A DNA stretch of 64,000 nucleotides from Bdellovibrionales bacterium (lineage in GTDB: Bacteria > Bdellovibrionota > Bdellovibrionia > Bdellovibrionales > JAUICD01): positions 2,016,001-2,080,000 of the forward strand of contig OZ241865.1 in assembly GCA_965203275.1 (NCBI GenBank), written 5' to 3'. Shown piece by piece: positions 9,772-19,900 of the stretch. The notes beneath the pieces are model-generated. The model was not told where the DNA came from and searched no databases. It saw only the letters and a program-made list of their open reading frames with translations. The position numbers were made by a program, and so were the translations under genes. The stretch's first letter is position 1, and the number at the start of each line of letters is the position of its first letter.

Positions 9772-10218
9772 ATGGCAGAGGCAGCAAAGCATTTATGGAT
9801 ATTATCAAAAGATGAGACATTACAGGAACTTGCAATGGTGAAAGAGAGAGACAGAAAAGATCAAGCAGCCAGAGAAGATGATGCTTATGAGGAAGGGATG
9901 AAGAAAGGTCGTAAGGAAGGGATGGAGAAAGGTCGTAAGGAAGGGATGGAGAAAGGGATGGAAAAAGGGATGGAGAAAGGAATAGAAAAAGGGATGGAGA
10001 AAGGGATGGAGAAAGGAATGGAAAAAGGGATGGAAAAAGGGATGGAAAAAGGGATGGAGAAAGGAATGGAAAAAGGGATGGAAAAAGGGATGGAGAAAGG
10101 TCGTAAGGAAGGGATGGAGAAAGTAGCACAAAATATGTTGAAAGAAAATCTCAATATTTCATTGATCTCTACAATGACAGGTTTATCCAAAGATGACATT
10201 CTCAAGCTGAAAAAATAA
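9772..10218 (+). CDS. Rpn C-terminal part (RpnS-like small protein): (EKGM)n repeats plus C-terminal HTH-like tail
   Basis: AAGGAGG at 9761-9767 before ATG 9772; about 20 tetrapeptide repeats; VAQNMLKE...ISTMTGLS tail typical of Rpn C-termini. Confidence 0.75.
   Translation: MAEAAKHLWILSKDETLQELAMVKERDRKDQAAREDDAYEEGMKKGRKEGMEKGRKEGMEKGMEKGMEKGIEKGMEKGMEKGMEKGMEKGMEKGMEKGMEKGMEKGMEKGRKEGMEKVAQNMLKENLNISLISTMTGLSKDDILKLKK
9888..10122 (+). repeat. 12-bp coding VNTR (GARAARGGRATG)
   Basis: Tandem 12-mers encoding EKGM/KEGM/EKGR. Confidence 0.9.
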
Positions 10219-10249
10219 TTTGCCTTTTTTAATTATAAGATTTGCTGTT

Positions 10250-10291
10250 ATGGATTTAAAAGAGTATACCAACTTTCAAAATAAGGGAGGC
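10250..10291 (+). pseudogene. Short second rpn fragment (MDLKEYTNFQNKGG)
   Basis: Matches 9524-9559 with synonymous differences and continues into GGAGGC, showing the uninterrupted junction. Confidence 0.65.
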
Positions 10292-10333
10292 GGCAATCAG
10301 GCAAGTTGAATCGAACTTCTTGTTTCCTTAATA

Positions 10334-10508
10334 TTTCACTAAAAGTGGTCTAGCCTCTGGCTACTTTCTGGCGATGACCACGATGGCTTTCGCCATCGGT
10401 AAAATGGTCATCGCCTAGTGTTGTTACATGGCAAGCTTCAGAGAAGCTTGCTGTCTGACCACTTTTAGTAGGAGGATCTCTTCGTTTTTTACACGATATT
10501 GAGGAAAA
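10334..10508. repeat. Family A element with secondary ~36-bp hairpin insertion
   Basis: Same inserted tgttgttacatggcaagcttcagagaagcttgctgt as the copy at ~3180. Confidence 0.85.
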
Positions 10509-10542
10509 TGTGTATTTTTACTTTATTATTTTGAAGGTCATT

Positions 10543-12327
10543 CTATTTAAGGGCATAAATTAAAATGTCGTCTGTTTCAAAGACAAGCTCCATTGATTTG
10601 TCTACTGGCAGGATACCGTGATTTCTTTCTCTTTTGCCATAAAAAATATAAGAAACCCCTTTTTGTTTTAGTAACTCTCCTAAACTTAATTCGTATTCAT
10701 TTTGAGAGGAATCATCTTTAATAAACAATCGATCATAGACACTCTGTACATCTTGATAATTAGCTCCATGACTGTACAATTGTCCAATATGCCCTATCAA
10801 AAGAGGTCGACCATAAAAAGCAAGTGGATGATTGTGATCAGCAGAAGTAGCAAAGATAGCATCAATAGGTTGTTTTTTGACAAAAGCTTCAATAGGATCT
10901 AATTCACTTCTATTGAAAATCTCGTGTCTACCTTCATAAAAATAAGTATTCAAATGAAAAACACCAGCTCCTATGATCACTAAAAAAATAACTATATTAA
11001 AAGAAGCCAGCCAAGGACGATATAATTGAAAGCGTTTGACCATTATTTGAAGGGACCATATTGAAAGTAAAAAACACCAAGATAAAATCTTAATATTATC
11101 CCATTCCCAATAAGCAACAGACACAAAATTCATCAATAAAAAACTCAAAATAGCATAAATCAAATGAGGTGCTTTAAAAAGCTCCCATTGATATAATTTA
11201 TAAATCAGTCCTATTATTAAAAAAATGGCCCAGGGAGCAGCATTGTAGAAGTAATAAATAGGGGTTTCTAATCCCCAGTTCATCCAACCCTTTAAAAATC
11301 TAAGAGCAGACACTTTATCTCCAGATCCTGTTAAAAAAAATACTAAGGGTACAAAAATAATAGAAGCTATAAAAACTGACAAAGGCAAATCCATCATACG
11401 ATAATTCACAATGTGACTATAAATAACATGTTTACTTTGATAAATCCATTGAATGCCTAAAAATCCTAGAATAAAAAGAAAGGTATGAAAGTGAATAAAC
11501 GGGAGAACACCTAATAAAAAAATACCAAAAGCTCTAGTCGCATTCCACTGAGAGGTCATAAAAAAACTTTTCCATTGCCATAACATTAAAACACCTAATG
11601 AAAAAGCTAATTGAAAACCTCTTTGAGGAATAAACAGAGATAATAAAAAACTTTTCCACCAATCAAGACGAGGCTCTACAGGAGGTTCTATAGGAAAGCC
11701 TAAATAAGGGTTGTTGAAAAAAAACGCTATAACCAGTAACCATCCTCCCCAACAATTCAACATATAAATTAAACAAAGCCCTAAAATAAAAGAGACTATT
11801 CTAAGATGCCATGCCAAGGGAACCCCTACGGCCTCCCACAAAGCAGCATACATATCCATACCCAATGGATAGAGTAAGGGTTGACCTGCTAATATAGGGC
11901 TATTAGGATAAAAAGATGCTCCTTCTGCAATGTACCGGATAAAGTGAATATGTAAAGGTAGATCACCATAATTGTTTAATAAAAGTGTGCGGATACTCCC
12001 TTCATCTTCATATAAAATAAAAAAACTATAAAATCCTAATGTAAAAATAAGAAAAAGCAAAGTGCCATAATAGATCAAAAATAAACATCCATTTAACCAT
12101 TTGTTTTGTGTTTTATATCTGTTGTAAAGAGGTGAAGGTGGGGTCACAAAAGATATTTTTTCAACACATATTTTAGCCATTAGCAAAGAAAGTAGTAAAC
12201 TGATCGTAGCTACTAAAAAAGTTAAATGACCATTTAGAAGAGAGAGGAGAGTTGATATGACAATGGCCATCAACACATGAACTAAAATAAAGAATATAAA
12301 GGGGAAAAGTGATTTTTTGAAAAACAT
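10543..12327 (-). CDS. Polytopic membrane protein, GT-C glycosyltransferase-like
   Basis: More than 10 hydrophobic helices; NYGDLPLH and YPLGMD loop motifs; soluble C-terminal domain ending GVSYIFYGKRE. Confidence 0.55.
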   Translation of the reverse strand: MFFKKSLFPFIFFILVHVLMAIVISTLLSLLNGHLTFLVATISLLLSLLMAKICVEKISFVTPPSPLYNRYKTQNKWLNGCLFLIYYGTLLFLIFTLGFYSFFILYEDEGSIRTLLLNNYGDLPLHIHFIRYIAEGASFYPNSPILAGQPLLYPLGMDMYAALWEAVGVPLAWHLRIVSFILGLCLIYMLNCWGGWLLVIAFFFNNPYLGFPIEPPVEPRLDWWKSFLLSLFIPQRGFQLAFSLGVLMLWQWKSFFMTSQWNATRAFGIFLLGVLPFIHFHTFLFILGFLGIQWIYQSKHVIYSHIVNYRMMDLPLSVFIASIIFVPLVFFLTGSGDKVSALRFLKGWMNWGLETPIYYFYNAAPWAIFLIIGLIYKLYQWELFKAPHLIYAILSFLLMNFVSVAYWEWDNIKILSWCFLLSIWSLQIMVKRFQLYRPWLASFNIVIFLVIIGAGVFHLNTYFYEGRHEIFNRSELDPIEAFVKKQPIDAIFATSADHNHPLAFYGRPLLIGHIGQLYSHGANYQDVQSVYDRLFIKDDSSQNEYELSLGELLKQKGVSYIFYGKRERNHGILPVDKSMELVFETDDILIYALK

Positions 12328-12507
12328 GGGAATCTACCTATTATTATTTAACTTCAGTATATTTTACCTGACAAGGCAAACGAGCCTTTAACTTTTGTCA
12401 AGGATATTTGATAAAGTTTTTTGACTCATCCTGAGCTTGATAGCCAGCAAAAATAAAGTTGTGAGATTTCAGTAGGTTATGCGCTGAAAGAGATTTTATG
12501 CCACTAG

Positions 12508-12630
12508 AGGAAGATCCCTTCATTTTTTATATTCATTCCCGGATCCGGCAACCTGGCAACCCGGGTTCCGGAATCTGATGCCGGGTTGCCGGATCCCAGA
12601 TCCCGGAATAAACACAATGTTAAGGGAATA
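12508..12630. repeat. GATCC-type palindromic repeat with the TGTTAAGGGAA tail shared with family A
   Basis: ccggatccggcaacc...gatgccgggttgccggatcccagatcccgga; same body at 3368, 3552, 9562, 50463 and 50809. Confidence 0.8.
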
Positions 12631-12650
12631 GAGTTTCATTTTTTATTTTT

Positions 12651-14357
12651 TCAGTTTTGAAGGCGACTTGGCATCATGACCTTTTTTCGACCTTTACCTG
12701 AAATAAATTGCCAATGGCCTCGTTTAATATATTTCACTATTTTTTTATCTCTCCACCTTCGAAAGAGGTTAGACAGTTGTGTGGCTTCAGAATGACTATC
12801 GCCTAAACCAATAAGTTCTCGTGCCTCTGAAGTAGTAATAAAGCCTTTTGTGCTATGTTGAAAAGCAAAGGCTCTTAATGCATCTTTAATTTGTTTTTCT
12901 TCTGCTGGAGTAAAAGATTGGCTAGCTTGACCTGTTAAAGCCACACCAACCCATCTACGAAGAAATATTTCATTATCGATAATAATAATAGGAGCATTTT
13001 GATGTTGAATTACCTCAAGGGCTATATCCGCATAGTAATCATCTAAATGTTCTAAAATAGATGACCATTTATGCCCTTGTACTGTTAAACGAACCAATGC
13101 CATTGCAATACGTGCATGATGTTCAGTAGGGAAATATTGATAAAATTGATCCATAAGAGATTTGAGATTTTTATTTTTGTGGTTGTTGTAAATTGTGATT
13201 TTCCATTTACCAAAGTAACGATGTTCTGAAAAATCAATTGTAGGTTCACGTCGTCCCGATTCTATACTGAGTCTGAAAATGCGATTTTTTCCTGTTCCTA
13301 ACTCATCAGTGATTCTTGCAGCCCTCAGTATAGTCATAAGAAGTTTGTTTTTGACATAAGTGTTTTTAGCAAACCATTGTTTTGCAAAAACTTTAGCTTC
13401 TAATGATGCATTGTTACGCACAGTTAAATGATCGGGACTTATGTCCACGATGATAGCTCCTTGTTCACGTTGATAGAGGGCATGAGCTACAGCATTGGCA
13501 AGAATTTCTCGAATAATCTTTGGTGGATAAGGGTATTCTTCTGTCACAGAAGCAGTATGTCCCTTAAGAATTGTCCCTTGTTTTTTTGTCCACGTTTGAA
13601 TTTGGGCAATAAAATCATCAGTTAAAATATGATAAACTCCCTTTTTTTCAGTGTTCTCTATAATGTCATCATTGGAATCGTACCTTGCAATACGAACTGG
13701 AAAATTGCCAAATAAAATGCCTGCTACCATTTTGTCCTTTAAACCAAGTCTTGCAAGAATGTCAGAAGAACTCAAAGTCGAAAGATCCTCAGGAAACTCA
13801 CTAGGGTCAGCCATTGCCATTTTTTGTGCAAAGCTTGAGATCAGTAGGGTGTCAATGGGACCATTCCATGGTTGGTTGGAAAAATCCTCTCCTGGAAGTT
13901 TCATAGCAAGAGCAATACGTTCATCAGATTTCATTTGAGTGCTTGAAGTGCCAGAACGTCTATAAGCTTCACCTCTCCATTCTGTCACATCACCAGGATT
14001 TTGAATGTCCAAAAAAATACAATATGAACTTTGAATCTTTTTAACAATGACGCTTTTGACTGCTTGATATGGTGATAAAAATTGATTGATTTGCTGGCTT
14101 ATTTCCTCCTCAGTTTTTTTAGCCCATTTTTTATGATGATGAAGCAAGTTTCCTTTATCATCAATGCCAATAACTAACCAGCCCCCCTGTAGAGATTCAT
14201 GGTTAGCAATAGCTGAAATATCTTTGCCATACTTTTGATTCCATGTAGATTTTAACTCAAGATAAGGATAGTCGATCTCATGTAAACGACTTGCTTTCAT
14301 ACGAGACAGTAGCTTTTTTAAACTGGGTTTTTTAGTGATTTTATAATCCGACGACAT
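12651..14357 (-). CDS. AlbA_2 (Schlafen-like) domain plus HATPase_c_4/RecG-C-like domain plus C-terminal winged helix
   Basis: LELKS...ISAIAN...GGWLVIGIDDKG; AYRRSGTSS; YPPKIIREILANAVAH; DELGTG; C-terminal HTH-like segment. Confidence 0.8.
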   Translation of the reverse strand: MSSDYKITKKPSLKKLLSRMKASRLHEIDYPYLELKSTWNQKYGKDISAIANHESLQGGWLVIGIDDKGNLLHHHKKWAKKTEEEISQQINQFLSPYQAVKSVIVKKIQSSYCIFLDIQNPGDVTEWRGEAYRRSGTSSTQMKSDERIALAMKLPGEDFSNQPWNGPIDTLLISSFAQKMAMADPSEFPEDLSTLSSSDILARLGLKDKMVAGILFGNFPVRIARYDSNDDIIENTEKKGVYHILTDDFIAQIQTWTKKQGTILKGHTASVTEEYPYPPKIIREILANAVAHALYQREQGAIIVDISPDHLTVRNNASLEAKVFAKQWFAKNTYVKNKLLMTILRAARITDELGTGKNRIFRLSIESGRREPTIDFSEHRYFGKWKITIYNNHKNKNLKSLMDQFYQYFPTEHHARIAMALVRLTVQGHKWSSILEHLDDYYADIALEVIQHQNAPIIIIDNEIFLRRWVGVALTGQASQSFTPAEEKQIKDALRAFAFQHSTKGFITTSEARELIGLGDSHSEATQLSNLFRRWRDKKIVKYIKRGHWQFISGKGRKKVMMPSRLQN

Positions 14358-14728
14358 ACCGACGACATCCCCTTTAATAATTAAGTAATTTTAAATAGTT
14401 ACAAATCCAAACTTCAAGCTTTTAACCCTCAAAAAGGGCGACGACATACCGACGACATCCTCTTTAATAATTAAGTAATTTTAAATAGTTATAAATCCAA
14501 ACTTCAAGCTTTTAACCCTCAAAAAGGGCGACGACATACCGACGACATCCCCTTTAATAATTAAGTAATTTTAAATAGTTACAAATCCAAACTTCAAGCT
14601 TTTAACCCTCAAAAAGGGCGACGACATACCGACGACATCCCCTTTAATAATTAAGTAATTTTAAATAGTTACAAATCCAAACTTCAAGCTTTTAACCCTC
14701 AAAAAGGGCGACGACATACCGACGACAT
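14349..14728. repeat. 90-bp tandem repeat (4 full units plus 20 bp) overlapping the start codon of the AlbA_2 gene
   Basis: Units start at 14349, 14439, 14529, 14619 and 14709; unit 2 differs at two positions. Confidence 0.95.
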
Positions 14729-15110
14729 CTTTTATGGTGATTATATTATCAAATAATGGGATAACTTGTAAATTCTAGAATTTAATTATACAAACACACA
14801 ATAAAATCTTTGCTAAAATAAATTGGCCTATAAGCTTACCAATAGAGTAATAGATGAAAGATAAACATGATCACGGAAGAAACATGAAAGCAACAAAGCA
14901 TTTATTTGTCTTGAACTTACTAAAAGTAGCCAGAGGCCAGTTCATTTTGAGTGAAAAAAATTGACAAGATAAAGAGCTAAGAGATTATATTGATCATCAA
15001 TAACAATTTAAAAGGGATATTTTGATAAGTCGATAAAAAATACCCTTTTTATTTTTACATCATTTTTCATTATCATTTTTACTTAATAATATATAGCTTT
15101 TTTAAAAAGC

Positions 15111-15139
15111 TTGACATGGTAATCAATCGATTATAAAAT
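15111..15139 (+). promoter_or_regulatory. Sigma70 promoter, copy 1 of 4
   Basis: TTGACA-N17-TAAAAT. Confidence 0.75.
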
Positions 15140-15177
15140 AATAAAAAGTACATTGTAAATTATTATAATAAAGACAT

Positions 15178-15760
15178 TTTCCTTAACATTTCACTCAAAA
15201 TGCATCATGCCTCTGGCATGTTTTCTGGCAGTTAGCCCGACGGCTACCGCCGTCATCAAAGGCTAACTGCCTAGAAAATCCATTTATTTTGAGTAGGGGA
15301 GGATCCTTTTATTTCTTTACACTATGTTAAGGAAAAAGTGTTTTTATTGTCTTAGGAGCAAGCTCAATGCAATAGAGGAACTTTTTCCTTAACATCGTGT
15401 CAAAAGAGGAAAGGATCCTTCCTACTAAAAGTGGTTAGGCTTTCTAGGCGATGACCATTTTACCGATGGCGAAAGCCATCGTGGTCATCGCCAGAAAGTG
15501 ACCAGAGGTCAGACCACTTTTAGTGAACCAACGGCATTGCTCTTTTTGGACAGCGATAGCTGTCAGAGCAAACATCAGAAGGAAATCTTTTTCCTTAACA
15601 TTGTGTTAAGAAATGAGGACATCCTCCTTCCTAAAATTGAACAGGCTTTTGAGGCAGTTAGCCTTTGATCGACGGCGACAAGCCGTCGGGCTAACTGCCC
15701 AAAAATAGCCAGAGGCTAGTTCAATTTTAGGGAAACAGAGGCTAGTTTACTTTTAGTGAA
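15178..15760. repeat. Family A cluster inserted between promoter and nuclease paralogue 1
   Basis: Three near-full copies plus fragments; last element end abuts AAGGAAAAATATG. Confidence 0.9.
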
Positions 15761-15768
15761 GGAAAAAT

Positions 15769-16536
15769 ATGGCTAATCAAAACAACAAAAAGAAAAAAGA
15801 ATCTGATCATACACCTGAAGCAGTGTGGAAGGCACTGAAAGAAGTTATTGCTGTGCAGAAAAATCTAGCTCAAAAAATAGACGAGACACGTCAAAGTATA
15901 GACAAAGTGAGTAAAGAGACAGGCAAAGCAAATAAAGAGACACGTCAAAATATAGACAAATTAAGTAAAAAGATAGACAAAGTGAGTGAAGATATAGACA
16001 AAGTAAGTAAACAGACACAGCAAAATATAGACAAAGTGACAAGACAGACAGCAAATAATATTAATAAATTAAGAGGTGATTGGGACAATCGATGGGGAGA
16101 TTTTGTAGAGATTCTTATTTCTGAAAATGTAGAAAGGCTATTTGAAAATTATGGGATCATCAAAGGTGAAGTAGAAACTATCAACAAAAGAACCTACTGT
16201 TTTAAGGATGGTGCCACTCCGCTTGAGTTTGAGTTTGATTCTATTACCATCAATGGTGATAAAGTCATTATAACAGAAGCCAAAAAGAAAATGACAAAAA
16301 CAAAAGTAAAAAACTTTATTAAAAAAGTACAAAATTTTCTAGCTATCAAAGACAATGGATTTTCCAATAAAAAAGTTTACATTGCTATAGGTTATTTAAA
16401 GGCAGATAATGAGAAGCTCCTTATCAAATATGCAGAGGGACAGGGATTATTTGTGATTAAGGCAGTCGGTGACAGTGCTAAGCTTGTGAATTCACCTCAA
16501 ACTTTCAAACCCAAACAAGTGAACTTAAATTTGTAA
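15769..16536 (+). CDS. Coiled-coil + PD-(D/E)XK nuclease-fold protein, paralogue 1
   Basis: IDKVSKETRQN-type repeats; NRWGDFVE; EFDSITINGDKVIITEAK (E-x-D...E-x-K). Confidence 0.75.
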   Translation: MANQNNKKKKESDHTPEAVWKALKEVIAVQKNLAQKIDETRQSIDKVSKETGKANKETRQNIDKLSKKIDKVSEDIDKVSKQTQQNIDKVTRQTANNINKLRGDWDNRWGDFVEILISENVERLFENYGIIKGEVETINKRTYCFKDGATPLEFEFDSITINGDKVIITEAKKKMTKTKVKNFIKKVQNFLAIKDNGFSNKKVYIAIGYLKADNEKLLIKYAEGQGLFVIKAVGDSAKLVNSPQTFKPKQVNLNL

Positions 16537-16903
16537 TTCTTTTCATTTCCTGCTCCATCACCATCAAGCTCGCCTGCTTTTAAACTTGTAAGTTTGATAG
16601 ATAGATGATTTCATTGAGTTGATTTATGTAGTTTCTATTTTTGAATTTTTATTGAAGTATTCTTTAAAAAGAATATCCACATCTGCAAATCAACTGTCAA
16701 ACTCAGGACAAAGGTATGACCAACTATAAGGTCATTGACTCCTTGAACCTGCTGGACTTTTAAAGGTATTTTAAAAACCAACTAAAAAATCCTCATCTAT
16801 TGAACCTCTTTGACCGATCTGTTTGTATGACTTATTTTTTCCTATTTTCTTTACAGCATTTTAAAAACCTCAAACTTATAAACCTCAAAAGAAGGCCTAA
16901 GAG

Positions 16904-19900
16904 ATGACCTTCAATCAACTACTCCAATATATTAGAGACAAGGCGAAACACTTACGGGAAAAAGGCGATTTATTTGAAAGAGCTATTAAAAACTTTCTAA
17001 AAAAATCACCTGAACATAATTTTGAAAATGTTTGGATGTGGAGCGATTGGCCAGACCATAAAAAGTATGATATCCAAAAACAAGATATGGGCATCGACCT
17101 TGTCGCTAAAGAAAAAGAAACTGGAAACTACATTGCTATTCAATGCAAATGTTTTAATGAAGACACCCAAATCACTAAAAAACATATTGATAGCTTTTTA
17201 GCTCATTCAGGTAAGAAGCCTTTTACCTCAAGGTTGATCGTCACTACAACTGACCAATGGAATCAGGATGCTATCAAAGCAACTAAAAATCTTGATAAGA
17301 GATGTAAGATTTTAACCTCAAGTGATCTAGAAGAGTTAGAGTTTGACTGGACTTTAAAAGGTGATGTGCAACAAAAAGAAAAACTAACTCCAAAAGACCA
17401 TCAAGAAGATGCACTCCGTAAAGCCAAAGAACACTTTCAGAATCATAACAGAGGTAAGCTAATTATGGCTTGCGGGACTGGCAAAACCTTAACATCCCTC
17501 CACATTGCTGAAAAAGTTACCTCTAAAAATGGCATTATATTATTTTTAGCCCCTTCTATTTCTTTGGTATCTCAAGCATTAAGGGTCTATGCATATCAAA
17601 GGCAACACACTCAAAACTACTTAGTGGTTTGCTCTGATAACAAGGCAGGCAAAGATTCTGATGGAGTGGATGTAGATGATTTGCAAATATCTCCTACGAC
17701 AGATGCCTTCAAAATAGCAAAGATGCTTAGAAAAACATCCAATACAAGAACAGTTGTTTTCTCAACATATCAATCATTGGATAAAATCAAAGAAGCTCAA
17801 AGTAAGGGCAGTCCAAAGTTTGATCTTGTGATCTGTGACGAAGCCCATCGCACCACAGGTATAGAGGCTACTTCAAAAGAAAATGGAAAAACTCAAGGCA
17901 ACTTTTTTACTTTGATTAATAAGGATGATTATATCAAAGCTTATAAGAGGCTTTATATGACAGCAACTCCTCGTATATACAGCGATACAGCTCAAACAAA
18001 AGCACAGAAAGATCAAGTAGAGCTTTGTTCTATGGATGACGAAAGCATTTATGGTAAAGAGTTTTATAGATTGGACTTTTCAAAAGCTATAGAAAGAAAG
18101 CTTTTATCCGATTATAAAGTGATTATCCTTACAATTGATCAAAAGTATATCAGTGATCATATTCAAGGTTCATTAAAGGATACAGTACTTAATGATGCCT
18201 CTAAGTTAGTGGGTTGTTATAGAGCATTGAAAGATCAAGGGGAAGGAGCTAAAGGAGTTATGCTTAAAAAAGCAGTTGCTTTTCTAAATACAATTAAAGA
18301 TTCTAAAGAATGTGCTAAGTGCTTTTCGCAAGTAGTGGATAGTTTAAAGGAAAATCAAAACGACGGGTTTACATGTCGAACAAAACACATAGACGGCACT
18401 GACAATACAATTGAAAGAAATAAAAAACTAGAATGGTTGAAAGAAGATGCAGGACAAACAGAAGCTCAAGAACATATATGCCGTATATTGTTTAACTCAA
18501 AATGCCTCACAGAGGGCATTGATGTCCCCAGCTTAGATGCTATTTTGTTTTTACAACCTAGGAAATCTCAAGTAGACGTTGTGCAAGCTGTGGGTCGAGC
18601 TATGAGGAAGTCAAAAGATAAAAAATATGGCTATGTGATCCTTCCTGTGGTGATACCTGCCGGGAGCGACGCAGTGAAGGCACTTGATAATAATGAGACT
18701 TATAAAGTGGTTTGGCAAGTTTTAAATGCCTTGCGTTCACATGATGATAAATTTAATGCCATGATCAATGATATTAACTTAAATAAAAAAGCCCCAGAAA
18801 AAATCAATATCGTAGGTGTAGGTAGCCCTAGCGATGGCATAAGTGATGTAGACAAAGAAAGTATTACTCAAGCTACATCAACTCAATTAAGTTTATTACC
18901 ATCAGGGCATGAAAAAATATATGCCAAGATTGTAGAAAAGTGCGGTGATCGACTTTATCAAGATAAGTGGATTGCTAAAGTTAAAACTTTTTATGAAACT
19001 ATCACAACTCGAATAAATAGCCTCTTAGAAAAAGATATAAAAGTAAAAACAGAATTTACAAAATATCATAAAAGTTTAAAGTCTATTATTCATGCTGAGA
19101 TCAGCCAAGAAGATTCTGTCTCTATGTTAGCAGAGCATCTGCTGACTAAAAGAGCTTTTGATAAAATCTTTGAAGGGTATGAGTTTTCAAAGAATAATCC
19201 TATTTCTGTCGCCATGGATAAAACAATTAGAAGACTACAAGGCTATGCCATAGAAAATGAAATCAAAGAACTTGAAACCTTCTATAATGCAATCAGTAAG
19301 AGAGTTGAAGGGATCGATAACAGTGCCGGTCGTCAAAAGATTATCAAGGAACTTTACGAGGACTTTATCAAAACAGCCTTCCCTAAAACAGCAGAAAAAT
19401 TAGGCATAGCTTATACACCGATTGAAATTGTGGACTTTATTTTAAAGTCAGCAGATATCCTTTTGAAGCAGGAATTTAATGGCAGAGGGCTAACCAGTGA
19501 GGGTGTGCATATTATTGATGCATTTGCTGGCACAGGTATTTTTATTAACCGATTGATTAATAATAAAAACTTGATTTTAGATAAGGACTTAGCGAGGAAA
19601 TTTGAAAAAGAACTCCATGCCAATGAAATATTGTTATTGCCGTATTATGTAGCCTCTATCAATATTGAGGAGGCTTATCATAACCGCATAAGTGGTAATT
19701 ATCAACCCTTCCCTGGTATTGTTTTGACAGATACGTTTAACTTGGTCAGTGGACTGACACAAGGGCATTTTGAAGATCACTTTAAGCAAAACAAGGATAG
19801 GATAGAAAGACAAAAGCAAGCACCTATTCAAGTGATTGTAGGCAATCCCCCTTATTCAGGTGGGCAACAGTCTGAAAACGACGGCAATAAAAATACTTCT

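Noticed and set aside
9770..10205. Three antisense ORFs with periodic sequence
   Set aside because: Shadows of the 12-bp EKGM VNTR; the same applies to antisense ORFs over the nuclease paralogues, the 1416-aa gene and the hexapeptide gene.
14349..14728. CRISPR array
   Set aside because: Whole 90-bp units repeat with no unique spacers; no cas genes in the window.
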